From Chrysochromulina tobinii (lineage: Eukaryota), in contig JWZX01003011.1 in NCBI GenBank assembly GCA_001275005.1, positions 1-49,384 on the forward strand: a stretch of 49,384 bases of DNA, given 5' to 3'. The translations under genes were made by a program, and so were the position numbers. Each line of letters opens with the position of its first letter. Positions within the stretch are counted from its first letter, which is position 1. This document shows, piece after piece, positions 7,804-18,300 of the stretch. A model generated the notes under the pieces. It saw nothing but the letters and a program-made list of their open reading frames with translations. It did no database searches and was not told where the DNA came from.

Positions 7804-10632
7804 TTACTCGTGCCGCATCAGCTCCATGGAGAGAACGTCCATCGTCTTCCGGCGGCGCACCTGATCGGGTTCGCGCCCTTCCTCCTCCTCCTCGAAGCTC
7901 GCGGCCAGTGCGCGCACGCCTGCGAGGGCAGCGGCGCCGTGCTCACCGTGGCACAGACGTCGGAGCAGCGCCAGACACGGACCCCACGCTGCGAGTCGTG
8001 CGCCTTCGAGCGCGGCTTCGGCGGCGTGCCCGCCTGGCGTGGGCACGGCGGCTGTCGGCGGCTGCGCATGGGCGGCAGCAGAGGCGGCAGCCAGCATAGG
8101 TGGCGTGGCGGCCTCGAGGGCGAGTGTCACGCCAAAGGAGGTGGCGGCGCCAGCATCGAGAGCGCCACGCGCGTGCGCCATCTCGATCACACTCAGTAGC
8201 TGAGGGACGAGGGACGGCACGTGGCAGCCGACCGTGGCTAGTGCGTTCACGAGAGGTGCTTCGAGTCGAGGCAGCCGCGCAAGCACGTGCGCCGCCGCCA
8301 GGCGCGTCGTCGCGGGCAGGTCGGCGAACGGACCAAGGAGAGGCGGCGCCGTGGCGAGCGCGCCGCGCGGAGTCGCCGCAAAGAACGGCACTAGTGCCAG
8401 TTGTAACGGCGGGATCGTATCAGTGGTGCGACCAACGGCAAGCAATGTCTGCAGCATGGCGTGGCTGAGAGCGGGGCGCTGGTCGCGGGCGAGCCAGAGC
8501 AGCTTCGGTAGCGACTTGAGCACACGTGCAGCGAGCGCTGCCGGCAGCTCGACGGCCATCGCGCCGATGGACTCAGCCGGGCTGCCATCCCCCTTGTCGT
8601 TGCGGGCCGCGCCGCCGCTGGCGGCGCTGCCGCCGCCGCCGCCGCCGCCGCGGCGGCCTGCGACGAGAGCATCTGTGAGGAGGGCGAGGAGGGGTAGCCT
8701 ACACGGAGCCTTCATGGCGCTGCCCTCCCACAACTCTACAAGCGCGTGCTGCAGCTGGGACTTGACCCCAGGCGCGACCCAACTGCACCCGAGCAGAGCG
8801 CGGCACGCTCGCAACAGCTGGGTCGAGTGCTGATGGCTTGGAGTGGCTGCCGAGTCATCAGCGCCGCCCGGCGCGAACTCCCTGCAGAGGTACGCTGACA
8901 AGCGTGCGCAGAGCGACCGGTGCGTCGCCTCGAGCTCGGCCGCGAGATTAGATCTCGTCGCCTCGAGCTCGGCCGCGCTGCCGTGCGATGTGCTCGGAAG
9001 CGCGGCCAGCTGGAGGCAACAGAGCTCACAAAGTGCCGCGTCGAGCGCTCGGCGCTTGGCGGCCTCGATGGATGCGCCGCCGCCGCCGTCGCCGCCCAGC
9101 GGTACGTGCGGGGCGATGTGCTTGAGCAGCGGCGCAGAGAGTGCCCTGGTCAGAGGTGCATGCATCATTCCGCCGCCGCCGCCGCTGTCCTCATCATCGA
9201 AGCCTCGTAGGCCATCGGCGTCGGCATCCGGGCCCTGCAGCGGCCTGGCAGGTGAGGCTTCGCAAAGCAGCACCTCACGGCACGCGGCCACGACCGCCGC
9301 AGCGCAATCGACCGCCGCAACAGAGGAGGTGCTGCGCCCGCCAGTGCGCCTGCCCGCCGCCGTCGCGCGCTCCCTCACGCTCAGAAGCACGTCAGCTGAC
9401 GTGGCGGCGGTGACCCCACTCTCGAGCCACCAGCGGACGAGCAGCGAAGGGAGTGGCAGTAGCTGCGCGATGAGCGCCGCCCCGCTCGCGCGCTCGGCGG
9501 CGGCAGGTGCGGAGGAGGCGTTCGCGGCCAACGGCTGCGAGGGCGGCGGCAGCTGAGGTGCGCCACGCCAGCGACCGAATCCGTAGAACGATTGTCCAAT
9601 AGCCGCAGGCGCAGCTCCTCGGCCGGACGCGCCGCCCGTCGCCTTCGTTGGCGACCCGTCATCGCCCTCGACCAGGTCCTGCCCGAGCTCCTCCTCGTCC
9701 TCGTCGTCGTCCAATCGCGCCTCCACCGCCTCCTCCGCCTCCTCTGCCTCCTCGTCCTCAGACCCCTGCCCGAGCTCGTCGTCGTCCATCGCGTCGTCCT
9801 CATCCTGATGGTCCGTACCGGTAGCCGCCGCTCCGTCGCCGGCATCCGCGCCTCCTTGAGACGTGGACCACCCTCGCGTGCGGCCGGATTCCTCCGCTGG
9901 CATATCGATGCCAGCTCCGACGGCGGCGCCGCCGTCCACCTCCTCTGTGGCCCCGCCGGCTGCTAGCCGCTGCATAAAGAGCACCGCGCGTAGGGCACGT
10001 ACGGTACTCGCCGCATCGTCGAGGGAGCTCGCGGCTGCGCGGTCCCCCGTGGGCGCGGCGCTGTCGAGCATCTCAACCAGGCTGGGCACGAGCTGCACGG
10101 GCGGCGGCACGACCGCGCCCGGCCGCAGCTCGATGAGCAGCTGGAGCAGCTCGAGCGCGTCGACGCGCACCGGCCGATGAGGATGCGTGAGAGCGGACTG
10201 CAGCCGCAAGCAGACTGCTTGTTCATGAGGACCGAGCGCGCCGGCAGCTTCGAGCTGCGTGAGTACGGTGCGCAGCAAGCCACGCGATGCACGCCGGACG
10301 CGTGGGTACTCATCCTCGCTCAGCAGAAGCGCACGCTGCAGCACCGTCGGCGCGATCGGTGGCAGCACCTCCGGGAATCGGGTGAGGAGCTCGGTCAATC
10401 CCTTGAGGGCATCGTGCCGCACGTCGCTGTTGTAGTGGTTGAGCTGCGCGAGCAGCTCGCCCGAGGTCAGCTTGCGGTGGCTCAACGGCTCGCCCTTGTC
10501 CTTGTCCAGCCCCTGGTCAGTCAGCACGACTGAGCGCGCCTTGAAGGCGGTACTCGTTGAGTTGGTCGGAGCGAGCTTCTTCTTTCCAACCTTTTGCTTC
10601 TTCTTCACGAAGTCGCGGGCGTGCTTCGGCAT
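7804..10632 (-). CDS. TEX10: TEX10 / Ipi1 (Rix1 complex, pre-60S processing)
   Basis: N-terminus MPKHARDFVKKKQKVGKKKLAPTNSTSTAFKARS followed by 'LNHYNSDVRHDALKGL' (Ipi1_N signature). The ATG at 10632 is preferred over the upstream ATG at 10779. Confidence 0.85.
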   Translation of the reverse strand: MPKHARDFVKKKQKVGKKKLAPTNSTSTAFKARSVVLTDQGLDKDKGEPLSHRKLTSGELLAQLNHYNSDVRHDALKGLTELLTRFPEVLPPIAPTVLQRALLLSEDEYPRVRRASRGLLRTVLTQLEAAGALGPHEQAVCLRLQSALTHPHRPVRVDALELLQLLIELRPGAVVPPPVQLVPSLVEMLDSAAPTGDRAAASSLDDAASTVRALRAVLFMQRLAAGGATEEVDGGAAVGAGIDMPAEESGRTRGWSTSQGGADAGDGAAATGTDHQDEDDAMDDDELGQGSEDEEAEEAEEAVEARLDDDEDEEELGQDLVEGDDGSPTKATGGASGRGAAPAAIGQSFYGFGRWRGAPQLPPPSQPLAANASSAPAAAERASGAALIAQLLPLPSLLVRWWLESGVTAATSADVLLSVRERATAAGRRTGGRSTSSVAAVDCAAAVVAACREVLLCEASPARPLQGPDADADGLRGFDDEDSGGGGGMMHAPLTRALSAPLLKHIAPHVPLGGDGGGGASIEAAKRRALDAALCELCCLQLAALPSTSHGSAAELEATRSNLAAELEATHRSLCARLSAYLCREFAPGGADDSAATPSHQHSTQLLRACRALLGCSWVAPGVKSQLQHALVELWEGSAMKAPCRLPLLALLTDALVAGRRGGGGGGGSAASGGAARNDKGDGSPAESIGAMAVELPAALAARVLKSLPKLLWLARDQRPALSHAMLQTLLAVGRTTDTIPPLQLALVPFFAATPRGALATAPPLLGPFADLPATTRLAAAHVLARLPRLEAPLVNALATVGCHVPSLVPQLLSVIEMAHARGALDAGAATSFGVTLALEAATPPMLAAASAAAHAQPPTAAVPTPGGHAAEAALEGARLAAWGPCLALLRRLCHGEHGAAALAGVRALAASFEEEEEGREPDQVRRRKTMDVLSMELMRHE

Positions 10633-10962
10633 TGTTGGGCCCGCCGGCTGGATGGACCTCGTCGATGACGTCGCCGCTCGGTCGGGCGAGTGGTTGAAGC
10701 CTCCGGTGTCGTACCGCAAGGTCTTCCCCTCATACCCCCCCGTGCTGAGTCCCCCTCTTCTTGTACACCCCCAGTTCATCTACTAACAGTAGCTCAATGT
10801 ATACATGTATGTACCTGTGAGCTGCCCTGTGCCTCACCCACGACACCTTGACCCTCCGCGACACCAGGCACGTCTCAAGGTCTCATATGCGCGTGCGTTC
10901 GCACGCGTGCCACCCCGCCATCGTGCCAGCCCGCCATCGTGGGCCGGGTCACAGGCCACCGT

Positions 10963-12489
10963 TCACTGCGCCTTCTTCTGCGCCGCTGCCTTCTTCTCCG
11001 CACCCTCGAGGACGTGTTTGCGGTAGAAGAGGCTGATGAGCACGAAGGCGGTCCCGTAGCAGACCAGCACCATCGCAAGCGGTAGGCCGTCGTGCCAGGC
11101 GGCGAGCAGGCCACCGAGTGTGGGCCCCACCATGCCCGCCACCGACTCGACCGACTCGAGCACACCGATGAGGCCGCCGAGCTGGTCGCCGTCGGCGAGC
11201 GAGGAGCATGCGGTCGAGATTGCGGTGTTCATCACGCCGAGTGCGATGACCATCGGCACGTACAGCGCGTACACGACCTCGAGGTGCGGGGTGGCGAGCG
11301 CGATCGGACGGAAGCCGCCAAGCACCGCGACGCACAGCAGCAGCAGCCGCGACGAGTCGCGCCCAAAGAGCCGAATGAGCGGCTTGGCGACAGCCCCTTG
11401 GCTGAGAGCGTACGTCAGCCCGATGAGGCCCATGAAGCGAGCATGGTCCGCAGGTGTGAAGTCGAAGCGCCGCTTGATGGACACTTGCCAGATGGGGGCG
11501 TACAGGTGGAAGGCGAGAGCCATGAGCAGCCGGAGCACGAGCAGCAGCTGCGCGCCGCGCAAGCGCAGCGCGGGCATCTCAACGAACGCGCTTAGCTGCA
11601 CACGCCAGCCCGCCGCCACAGCAGCCGGCGCAGGAGCCCTCTGGGCAGGACGGGCATCGCTCATCGGCGTCGCGGGCGTCGGCTGCATGGCTCTCTGGAC
11701 GGCGTCGGGCGCGACCTTGGGCTCGGCCTTGCGCGCGGTCGTGGGCAGCAGGAGCAGCAGCACGCCCGACGAGGCCGCGAGCAGCAAGCTCAGTGTGAGC
11801 GCCTGCGTGTACGACGTGACCAGAAGTGTCGCCAGCAGCGGGCCCGCCATGAAGGAGAGGCCGATGCACATGCCGAGCTTGCCCACGGCGCCCGCGAGGT
11901 CGGCCTTGGAGCCGCCCGCCGCCTCGACATAGTCAGTCAGCAGCGCCTTCGACACGCCAAAGTTTTGGTTGAGAAGCGCCGTCGGGACGATGGCGTACCA
12001 CATGCCCTCGACCGAATCCATGCCAAGGTTGATCGCGATGCTCAGCAGCGTCGCGGCGAGCCCGAGCCAGAGCATCGGCATGCGGCCGAAGCGGTCGGAC
12101 GCGCGGCCAATGACCGTGGCGCCCACCAAATTCAGGCCCGAGCGGAGGCTAGTCTGGCCGCCGCGGCAGAGAGCGTCGCACCCGAAGTCATCGAGCCGGC
12201 GCTGCATGAAGGGCATCGTCACGCTGAAGCTCGTGACGAGCAAGAAGGAGGCCACCGACACGGAAAGCACGCCGGGAATGCTCTTGGCGACTGTGCTCGT
12301 CGAAGGCTCCTTGGGCTGAGCGGCGCGACGCCGGCGAAGGGCAACATAGATCAGGCCGAGCAGAGCTGCACCGCTGGAGAGGGCTGCGATCGCTCGTGGT
12401 GTCGAGAGGCTCTCGACGAGCGTTGGCTGCGGCGGCGGCGGCGGTGGCTTCACTTGCCAGGGCCACTTGAAGGCCCGAAGGGCAGCCAT
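10963..12489 (-). CDS. Major facilitator superfamily transporter (DHA1/TetA-like)
   Basis: About 12 hydrophobic segments, motif A 'GRASDRFGR', motif C 'GLSFMAGPLL' and a C-terminal 'GMVGPTLGG'. The first ATG is at 12489. Confidence 0.9.
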   Translation of the reverse strand: MAALRAFKWPWQVKPPPPPPQPTLVESLSTPRAIAALSSGAALLGLIYVALRRRRAAQPKEPSTSTVAKSIPGVLSVSVASFLLVTSFSVTMPFMQRRLDDFGCDALCRGGQTSLRSGLNLVGATVIGRASDRFGRMPMLWLGLAATLLSIAINLGMDSVEGMWYAIVPTALLNQNFGVSKALLTDYVEAAGGSKADLAGAVGKLGMCIGLSFMAGPLLATLLVTSYTQALTLSLLLAASSGVLLLLLPTTARKAEPKVAPDAVQRAMQPTPATPMSDARPAQRAPAPAAVAAGWRVQLSAFVEMPALRLRGAQLLLVLRLLMALAFHLYAPIWQVSIKRRFDFTPADHARFMGLIGLTYALSQGAVAKPLIRLFGRDSSRLLLLCVAVLGGFRPIALATPHLEVVYALYVPMVIALGVMNTAISTACSSLADGDQLGGLIGVLESVESVAGMVGPTLGGLLAAWHDGLPLAMVLVCYGTAFVLISLFYRKHVLEGAEKKAAAQKKAQ

Positions 12490-12860
12490 TGCGCACACGG
12501 TGGAGCGACCCAGATTCTCCGATGTCCGCGAATCCCCCGAATTCGAAGTTACAACCTCTATTTGAGAGCACTTGGACTCCGGACACTTGAGGACGCGTGA
12601 TCAGGGCACCTTGTATTGTCTGTGCGTGGACAGGAGGCAGCCATACAATCCACGTGTCCTGCCGAGTGAACACCTCTCCTCTCGTTCACAAGTGACAAGC
12701 GAAGCGGCATTGCCCGAGCGTCACACAGCGTGCTGTGGGGAAAGGAGAGGTGTTTACTCAACAGCCACGTGTCGTCATGGGCGTTTCCGGGACTTCTTTT
12801 TTGAACGGTTTTCTTTCATGGCCGATCGCACGTGTTGGCCAGCGGCCAGCGGTCGCTCAG

Positions 12861-14954
12861 ATGCCTTTCGAGACGGCCACCACCAGCGTGTTCGGGCTTG
12901 ATGCGAGCAGTCCCAAACGCTCAAAGTCCAACGTGAGCGAGGCGGTGGTGAAGAGCGCCGAACGGCACGCCACCAAATGGATGCGAGCGAGCGCGATGGC
13001 GCATCTCGGGTTGGCCATCCGTTCCGATCATCAGACGAAGATGCCCAAGAGCGAGCACAAGAGCGGGAGCACCGACTCGAGGCCCTACTGGATGCAGGGG
13101 GACGAGTCGCTCAACACCAAGGCGGCGTGGGCCCAGCGAATGAAATTGCGCGCACACCCTGCGGTGCTGGCGAAGCTGCAGATGTGGTGGGAGTGCATGA
13201 TCGCCTCGGTCCAGTCGGTCGATCCCGAGCGCACCACCATCGACAAGGCCTCGTACGTACGGGTATCGCGGCTGCTGCACAAGGCGATCATCGAGGAGTG
13301 GGACGAGGCGGACGCGACCCAGTGCGCCGAGGAAGACTGGAAGAACGACGCGGGTGGGCGCACCAGCATTGACCAAGGGCGATTCCTCGACTGCGTCTTC
13401 GAGCTCGCCGACATCTGGACGCGCACCATCGAAGCGGACGAGTACGCCTCCTTCTTACAGCGGCTGCTCGACGACGTGGCGACGACGGGTGGTGACGGGC
13501 AGCGCTACTTTTGGAGGGAAGAGAGGGACACGAAATATGGCGGCTACATCGTGGTCGACGACGACGAGGATGCGGATGCGGACGCTGCTGCCGCTGCTGC
13601 TGCCGCCGCCGCCGCCGCCGCCGCTGCTGCTGCCGCTGCTGCTGACAGCGGCGGCGGAAACGGCGCTGGCAAGGACGGTGGCGCGGGCGCGGGCGCCGGC
13701 GAGGGCACCGGTGGCCCTCACGGCGGCAAGGGTGGCGATGACGGTCACGGCATCAAGGGCGTTAAGTCTCCACGTGGAAAGGGCAAGAAGGCCAAGGTCG
13801 GCGGCGAGGTCGGTGGCCACGGCAGCCATGGAAGCCACGGCGGCAAGCACGACAATGCGCACGCAGGCGGTTCGGGCGGCCATGGAGGCGCGGGAGAGCA
13901 CGTAGGCGCGTCCTCCATGGGCGGGAGGCGCGAGCACCACGACGGGCATCACAATCGGCATCACGAGCGCGACGAGAAGGAGAAGCATGCAAAGGAGGCG
14001 CATGGCAAGGAGGAGCACGCCAAGGATGGCAGGGAGGAGTGGCGCTACTCGGGTCAGGGCAAGGAGCACTACGTCACAGGGTTGGGCGTCGGGAGCGAGG
14101 CGGCGCATGAGGAGGAGTGGAAGATTGGCGAGCATTGGAAAGTCGCCGGGCATGGCGGCCTTGAGGAAAGGAAGCCTGGGATGGACTGGGGCGACAAGGA
14201 GGAGGCGCCCAAGGGCACGCAACTTCCGCCCATCGCCCGCGCCCGCGCCAATGACAGTAAGAATGTCTCGCAGTCTCTGCCGTCTCTGCCGGCAGAGTCC
14301 AACTCAGTGCCCAAGATCTCCAAGGCGCAACGGCGCGAGGTGCGTGAGGGGCGCGTCATCTCGGCCTACGGAGATCCTGGACCAAAGCCAACGGCCAGAG
14401 TGAGCGTCGCCGCGGCTGGCTTGGCGCTGAAGCAAGACATCGACTTCCTGCTTAAGGCCGTGGCCGCAGAGCGGTCGCCCGGCGCCCGGCTCAATGGGCA
14501 AGGCGCGTCGTCACAGGCTGCGCCGCCCTTGCAGCGGATGCGAAATGCTGTCTTCAAGCTGCGCTGGCTGCGCAAGTTTATGGGTCTGTCCGCGACCATG
14601 GCCTTCCTAGCGAGAGGAGGTGGCCAGGCAGGTGACCTCGGGTCGGCGCTGGGCGACGCGGCTGACCGCGAATTGGCATTGATGGGGGCGCCCAGAACGG
14701 CGCCCACCAAGGCGAGGGACAGCCTGGGGCGCACGGCAGGGGCGCCACCGCGCAAGGACGCTAAGGGAAGGGTCCGCCCTGGCCAATTGCAGGGCTTGCC
14801 AAAGGCCAAGGTGTACGACAGCAAGGCCCCTGTCAACGCGTACGATGCGCAGCACCAGAAGCAAGAGCGTGTGGCGACCGTCTCATTTGGCTTCGACGCA
14901 GAGCCGGCGCTGAGACTCCCGCCGCTGCGCGGCGGCCCGAAGCGCAACTTTTAG
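12861..14954 (+). CDS. Hypothetical protein; globular helical (possibly degenerate EF-hand-like) N-terminal domain plus Ala/Gly/His-rich low-complexity region
   Basis: Long ORF with strong coding-like codon usage. The ordered segment 'WWECM...AEEDWKND...FELADIWT...EYASFL' is followed by polyA and G/H-rich tracts. The start is uncertain (12779 or 12861). Confidence 0.6.
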   Translation: MPFETATTSVFGLDASSPKRSKSNVSEAVVKSAERHATKWMRASAMAHLGLAIRSDHQTKMPKSEHKSGSTDSRPYWMQGDESLNTKAAWAQRMKLRAHPAVLAKLQMWWECMIASVQSVDPERTTIDKASYVRVSRLLHKAIIEEWDEADATQCAEEDWKNDAGGRTSIDQGRFLDCVFELADIWTRTIEADEYASFLQRLLDDVATTGGDGQRYFWREERDTKYGGYIVVDDDEDADADAAAAAAAAAAAAAAAAAAAADSGGGNGAGKDGGAGAGAGEGTGGPHGGKGGDDGHGIKGVKSPRGKGKKAKVGGEVGGHGSHGSHGGKHDNAHAGGSGGHGGAGEHVGASSMGGRREHHDGHHNRHHERDEKEKHAKEAHGKEEHAKDGREEWRYSGQGKEHYVTGLGVGSEAAHEEEWKIGEHWKVAGHGGLEERKPGMDWGDKEEAPKGTQLPPIARARANDSKNVSQSLPSLPAESNSVPKISKAQRREVREGRVISAYGDPGPKPTARVSVAAAGLALKQDIDFLLKAVAAERSPGARLNGQGASSQAAPPLQRMRNAVFKLRWLRKFMGLSATMAFLARGGGQAGDLGSALGDAADRELALMGAPRTAPTKARDSLGRTAGAPPRKDAKGRVRPGQLQGLPKAKVYDSKAPVNAYDAQHQKQERVATVSFGFDAEPALRLPPLRGGPKRNF
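13584..13643 (+). repeat. (GCN)20 poly-alanine trinucleotide tract
   Basis: gctgctgccgct... run within the CDS. Confidence 0.9.
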
Positions 14955-15326
14955 GCGCGCAGCGACATGGACATCATCATCACACTGTCAAGATCTTGTT
15001 CGCGGGTTCATGACGGATGAGCAGGGTCGTGCCCGGGAACGAACGTTCAACGGAAGATGAAGACAGCACGTTTGTCCGTTTATTATTATTTTAAGTGCCG
15101 ATATGATATCGGGCTATGGAAAGGACCAAGGACCAAGGTGGGGTCGGGTCCTACTTTTTTCCCTGTAAGCTGTATAGGTCCACTTCTGCTACATCTAGTA
15201 AACAACCCACCACCCGACATGCCGCGCCACACTGTGCCGTCATTCGTATAACGCATGCGCGCCCCGCCGCCCGCGCCGCTCTGAGGTCGGTCAGTTACAA
15301 ATCTCTCTCTCTTTGACTGAGGTCGG

Positions 15327-18300
15327 TCAGTGCACAGCACACGGTCGTAGGTTTGCCGCACTTACCGTCCGCTGAATGCCGTACCCCACGGCCTCCACGA
15401 CGAATTGTGGCTCCTCGCCCAGCCGCACAGACGCCGCTCGCCTAGAGATGATGCGAACTGACCACCAGCCGCCCTCGTGGTAGGCCTCAACCTCGTTGCC
15501 GACGTGTAGCCGACGCAGCCAACCGGCCACCGGCGGCGAGGGAGGGGATGCGATGGCACTTGCAGGCACCCATTCCCGTAGTTTGCGTGGTGAGAGGGTA
15601 CCCTTGGCCTCTGGGGTGGCCCCGTCATCCATATCATCCAGGCTATCGTCAGCTGCTTCGAACTCTTCGTACTCGACGAACGCCTCTGATCTCCACGCAG
15701 CGCCTCGCCACCTAAGCAACGTGGCCGCATACTTGCTGCCCACGAGGCCCTCATCTTGCATCTGCACCTCGACACACACCGGCGCCGTCGCCTTCGTCTC
15801 GGTGCTGCATCTCGGTCGGGACTTTTTCACCGTCTCCCCCACAGCGCTGCGCGACGTGTGAACCGTCCCTTCGGGGGAGACGTACCGGTAGTGGCCGTCT
15901 CCGGACCTTCGGTACACTGTCCATCCGGTGGCGGAGGCGCCCACCCATAGCCTCGTATCGATCTCGTCAGCAGACAGCGAGGCACGCTGCACGCCAGCTC
16001 CCTCCTCACAGGGCTCCGTGCGCACCTGTCGGCGCCAGTCCGAGCCCTCTTCCTGCCACGAGAACCAATCTTCCCACTGATCTGAGCCGTCGGGCAGCAC
16101 GATGCGTGCCTGGAAGGTGCCATCGACGAGGACGGCGATCACCTCGGCTGGCACCCACACAGCCGGCGCGTCCTCGCTTGCCGCGACTTCAACCTCAACC
16201 GTATCGCCCTCGAGAGGCCACTGCCAGCCGTTGGGCGGCGCCGAAGAGTCGCGCACAGGGCTCATACCTTGTGGTAGCTGCTGCTGCTCGAGCTTGTCAA
16301 TCTCTGCCTTGTGGTGTGCCATGCTCACGAGGTTCCGAGCCTTGCTGGCCGCTGCCTCCTCGCCCTCATCTCCATCCTCCTCGCCCGGCTCTGCCGCCGC
16401 TCGCTCCGCCCCGACGTGCCTCGCGTAGCACAAGGCCGCCTCCTCCGGCGTTGCAAAAGTGCCGAGGAGCCTCCTGTTACCATTCACTTTGATCTTCGCC
16501 TGGTACTTGCCGCCATGCTTGCGCACACCCCTGAAGCCCGTCTCATTGATCGACGACGGTAACAGCTCAAGCCCCTCGGCCGCCGCGGCCGCCCTGGCCG
16601 CGTCCGCCGTGAGCGGCTCTTGGGTAGGCTCAGACACCGCGCTGCGCTCCTCACGTCGCATGGCCTCGAGCTTGGAGAGCTCCTCACGCTCCTTGGCGTC
16701 ACTCCCTGCGAGACTCGCGGCCGTCGGCAAGAGGGCACGCGCGTTGCCCATGGTGAGATAACGATCGTCGATGTACTCGTATTGCTCCTGCGATAAGCGC
16801 TCGATGGAGTTCGATGAAGTTCGGCCTCTTTGGCGATTCTTCTTGACCTCCTCGGCGATCCTCTCTGCCTGCACGAGAAGCGGCTCGTGGCGCCCGTGCT
16901 CGACCCACGGAGCTGCTGCATCCTCGGGGGGTGACCACTGTGCGAGTGGGATGACGTGAGCCTGAAACTTTTTGCCAATTCGCGCCTGGAAGCCCTCAAA
17001 CCCGTGTCGGACCTTTGCAAGCCGTGTCGGCAGGGCGCGCGGACCAACGGCGACAGGCCACCGGCGACGGACCACCGGCTTCGGCGAGCCACTGGCGGCG
17101 GAGGCGGCGGCGGAGGCGGCGGAGGCGGCGGCGGCGGCGGCGGCGGAGGCGGCGGCGGAGAAAGATGAGGCCTCTTCAACGGAGGCGTCGGGAGTAGAGG
17201 CGAGGGCGGCAGCAAAGGCGTCGGGGCCGGCGGCAGAGCCGGCGGCGGAGGCGGCGGCAGCGGAGGCAGTGGCGGCGGCCGAGGCGGCGGCGGAGGCGCT
17301 GGCGCTGGCCATGGAGCCGGCGGCCGAGGCGGCATCCGTCGGACTAGTGGCTGCGGCGCAGCTCGGGCAGAACCAGTCGCCCACGGGGACTGTGTAGATA
17401 GGTGGCGTCAAGCATTGCAGGTGGAGAACCTTCGGGCACGAGTCACACAGTAGCAGCTCGTTGCCTTCGACCCAAGAGCTGACATCACACACCTGGCACG
17501 ACTCGCCACGCTCGCCCTCCTCCTCGGTGGCCGTCGGCGGTCGCGCGTCGGCCGGAGACTTGCTGGCGGCGGCTGCCGGCGCCTTGGGCCCAAACTTGCA
17601 TTTGACGTAGTAGAGGGTCGAATAGCGCTGCCCCGAGGGCGACACATACACCCAGCAATGCCCTGCGCCGCCACCTATCTTCGACTCGATCGACCAGCCC
17701 TCAGCCGCGGCGCCCGCCCACAGCGCGGCGTCGATGGCGGTGGCGTCGATGGTGGCGTCGGGGTCGAGCCGCTGGCGCTTCGCCGTGGAGGCTTCCCGGG
17801 TGTCGTCGGGGCTGAGACCCTCGGGCGGTCTCGGAGCCACCGAGAGGCACCTCGAGGTCGTTGAGGTCGTTGGGAGCCACGTCCATTGCGAAGTCCACTG
17901 TGTGGTCCTCTTTCGCTGGATCGATCTGCTGGTCTGAGCCTTGGGCCGCTTCGCTGCCTGAGCCATGGGCTGCTTCGCTGTGGTCCGCGTGACGACCTCG
18001 ACGAGCTCCATCGCGTCGTCGTCGTCGTCGTCTTCTTCTTCGTCTTCGTCGTCGTCGTCGCCGCCGCCGCACCAATCAGGCTGTGATGCGGCCGAGCGCA
18101 GAGCGCGCGTGACGGCGCAGCCCGCCAACCACGCTGTCTCAAACAGTCCCAAGCTCACGTGATTCACCTGCGCCTGCCAGCACCTGCGGCGTGCATCTGG
18201 GTACACTCCAAAGTAGCCGCTGCTCGTGCGCATGCTTGCAATCGGTTCGAGTGTCTCTTCCTCGGCCACTGGTGTACACGGCATTCCCACGCTTGCGAGA

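Noticed and set aside
10680..10760. tRNA-like 'GGCGAGTGGTTGAAG' D-loop motif
   Set aside because: No T-loop (GTTCRA) or acceptor stem can be formed.
15281..15331. 15-bp direct repeat ctgaggtcggtcagt around a (CT)n tract at a stop codon
   Set aside because: Too short, and lacking the satellite core, to assign to the TSD-insertion family; probably a local duplication.
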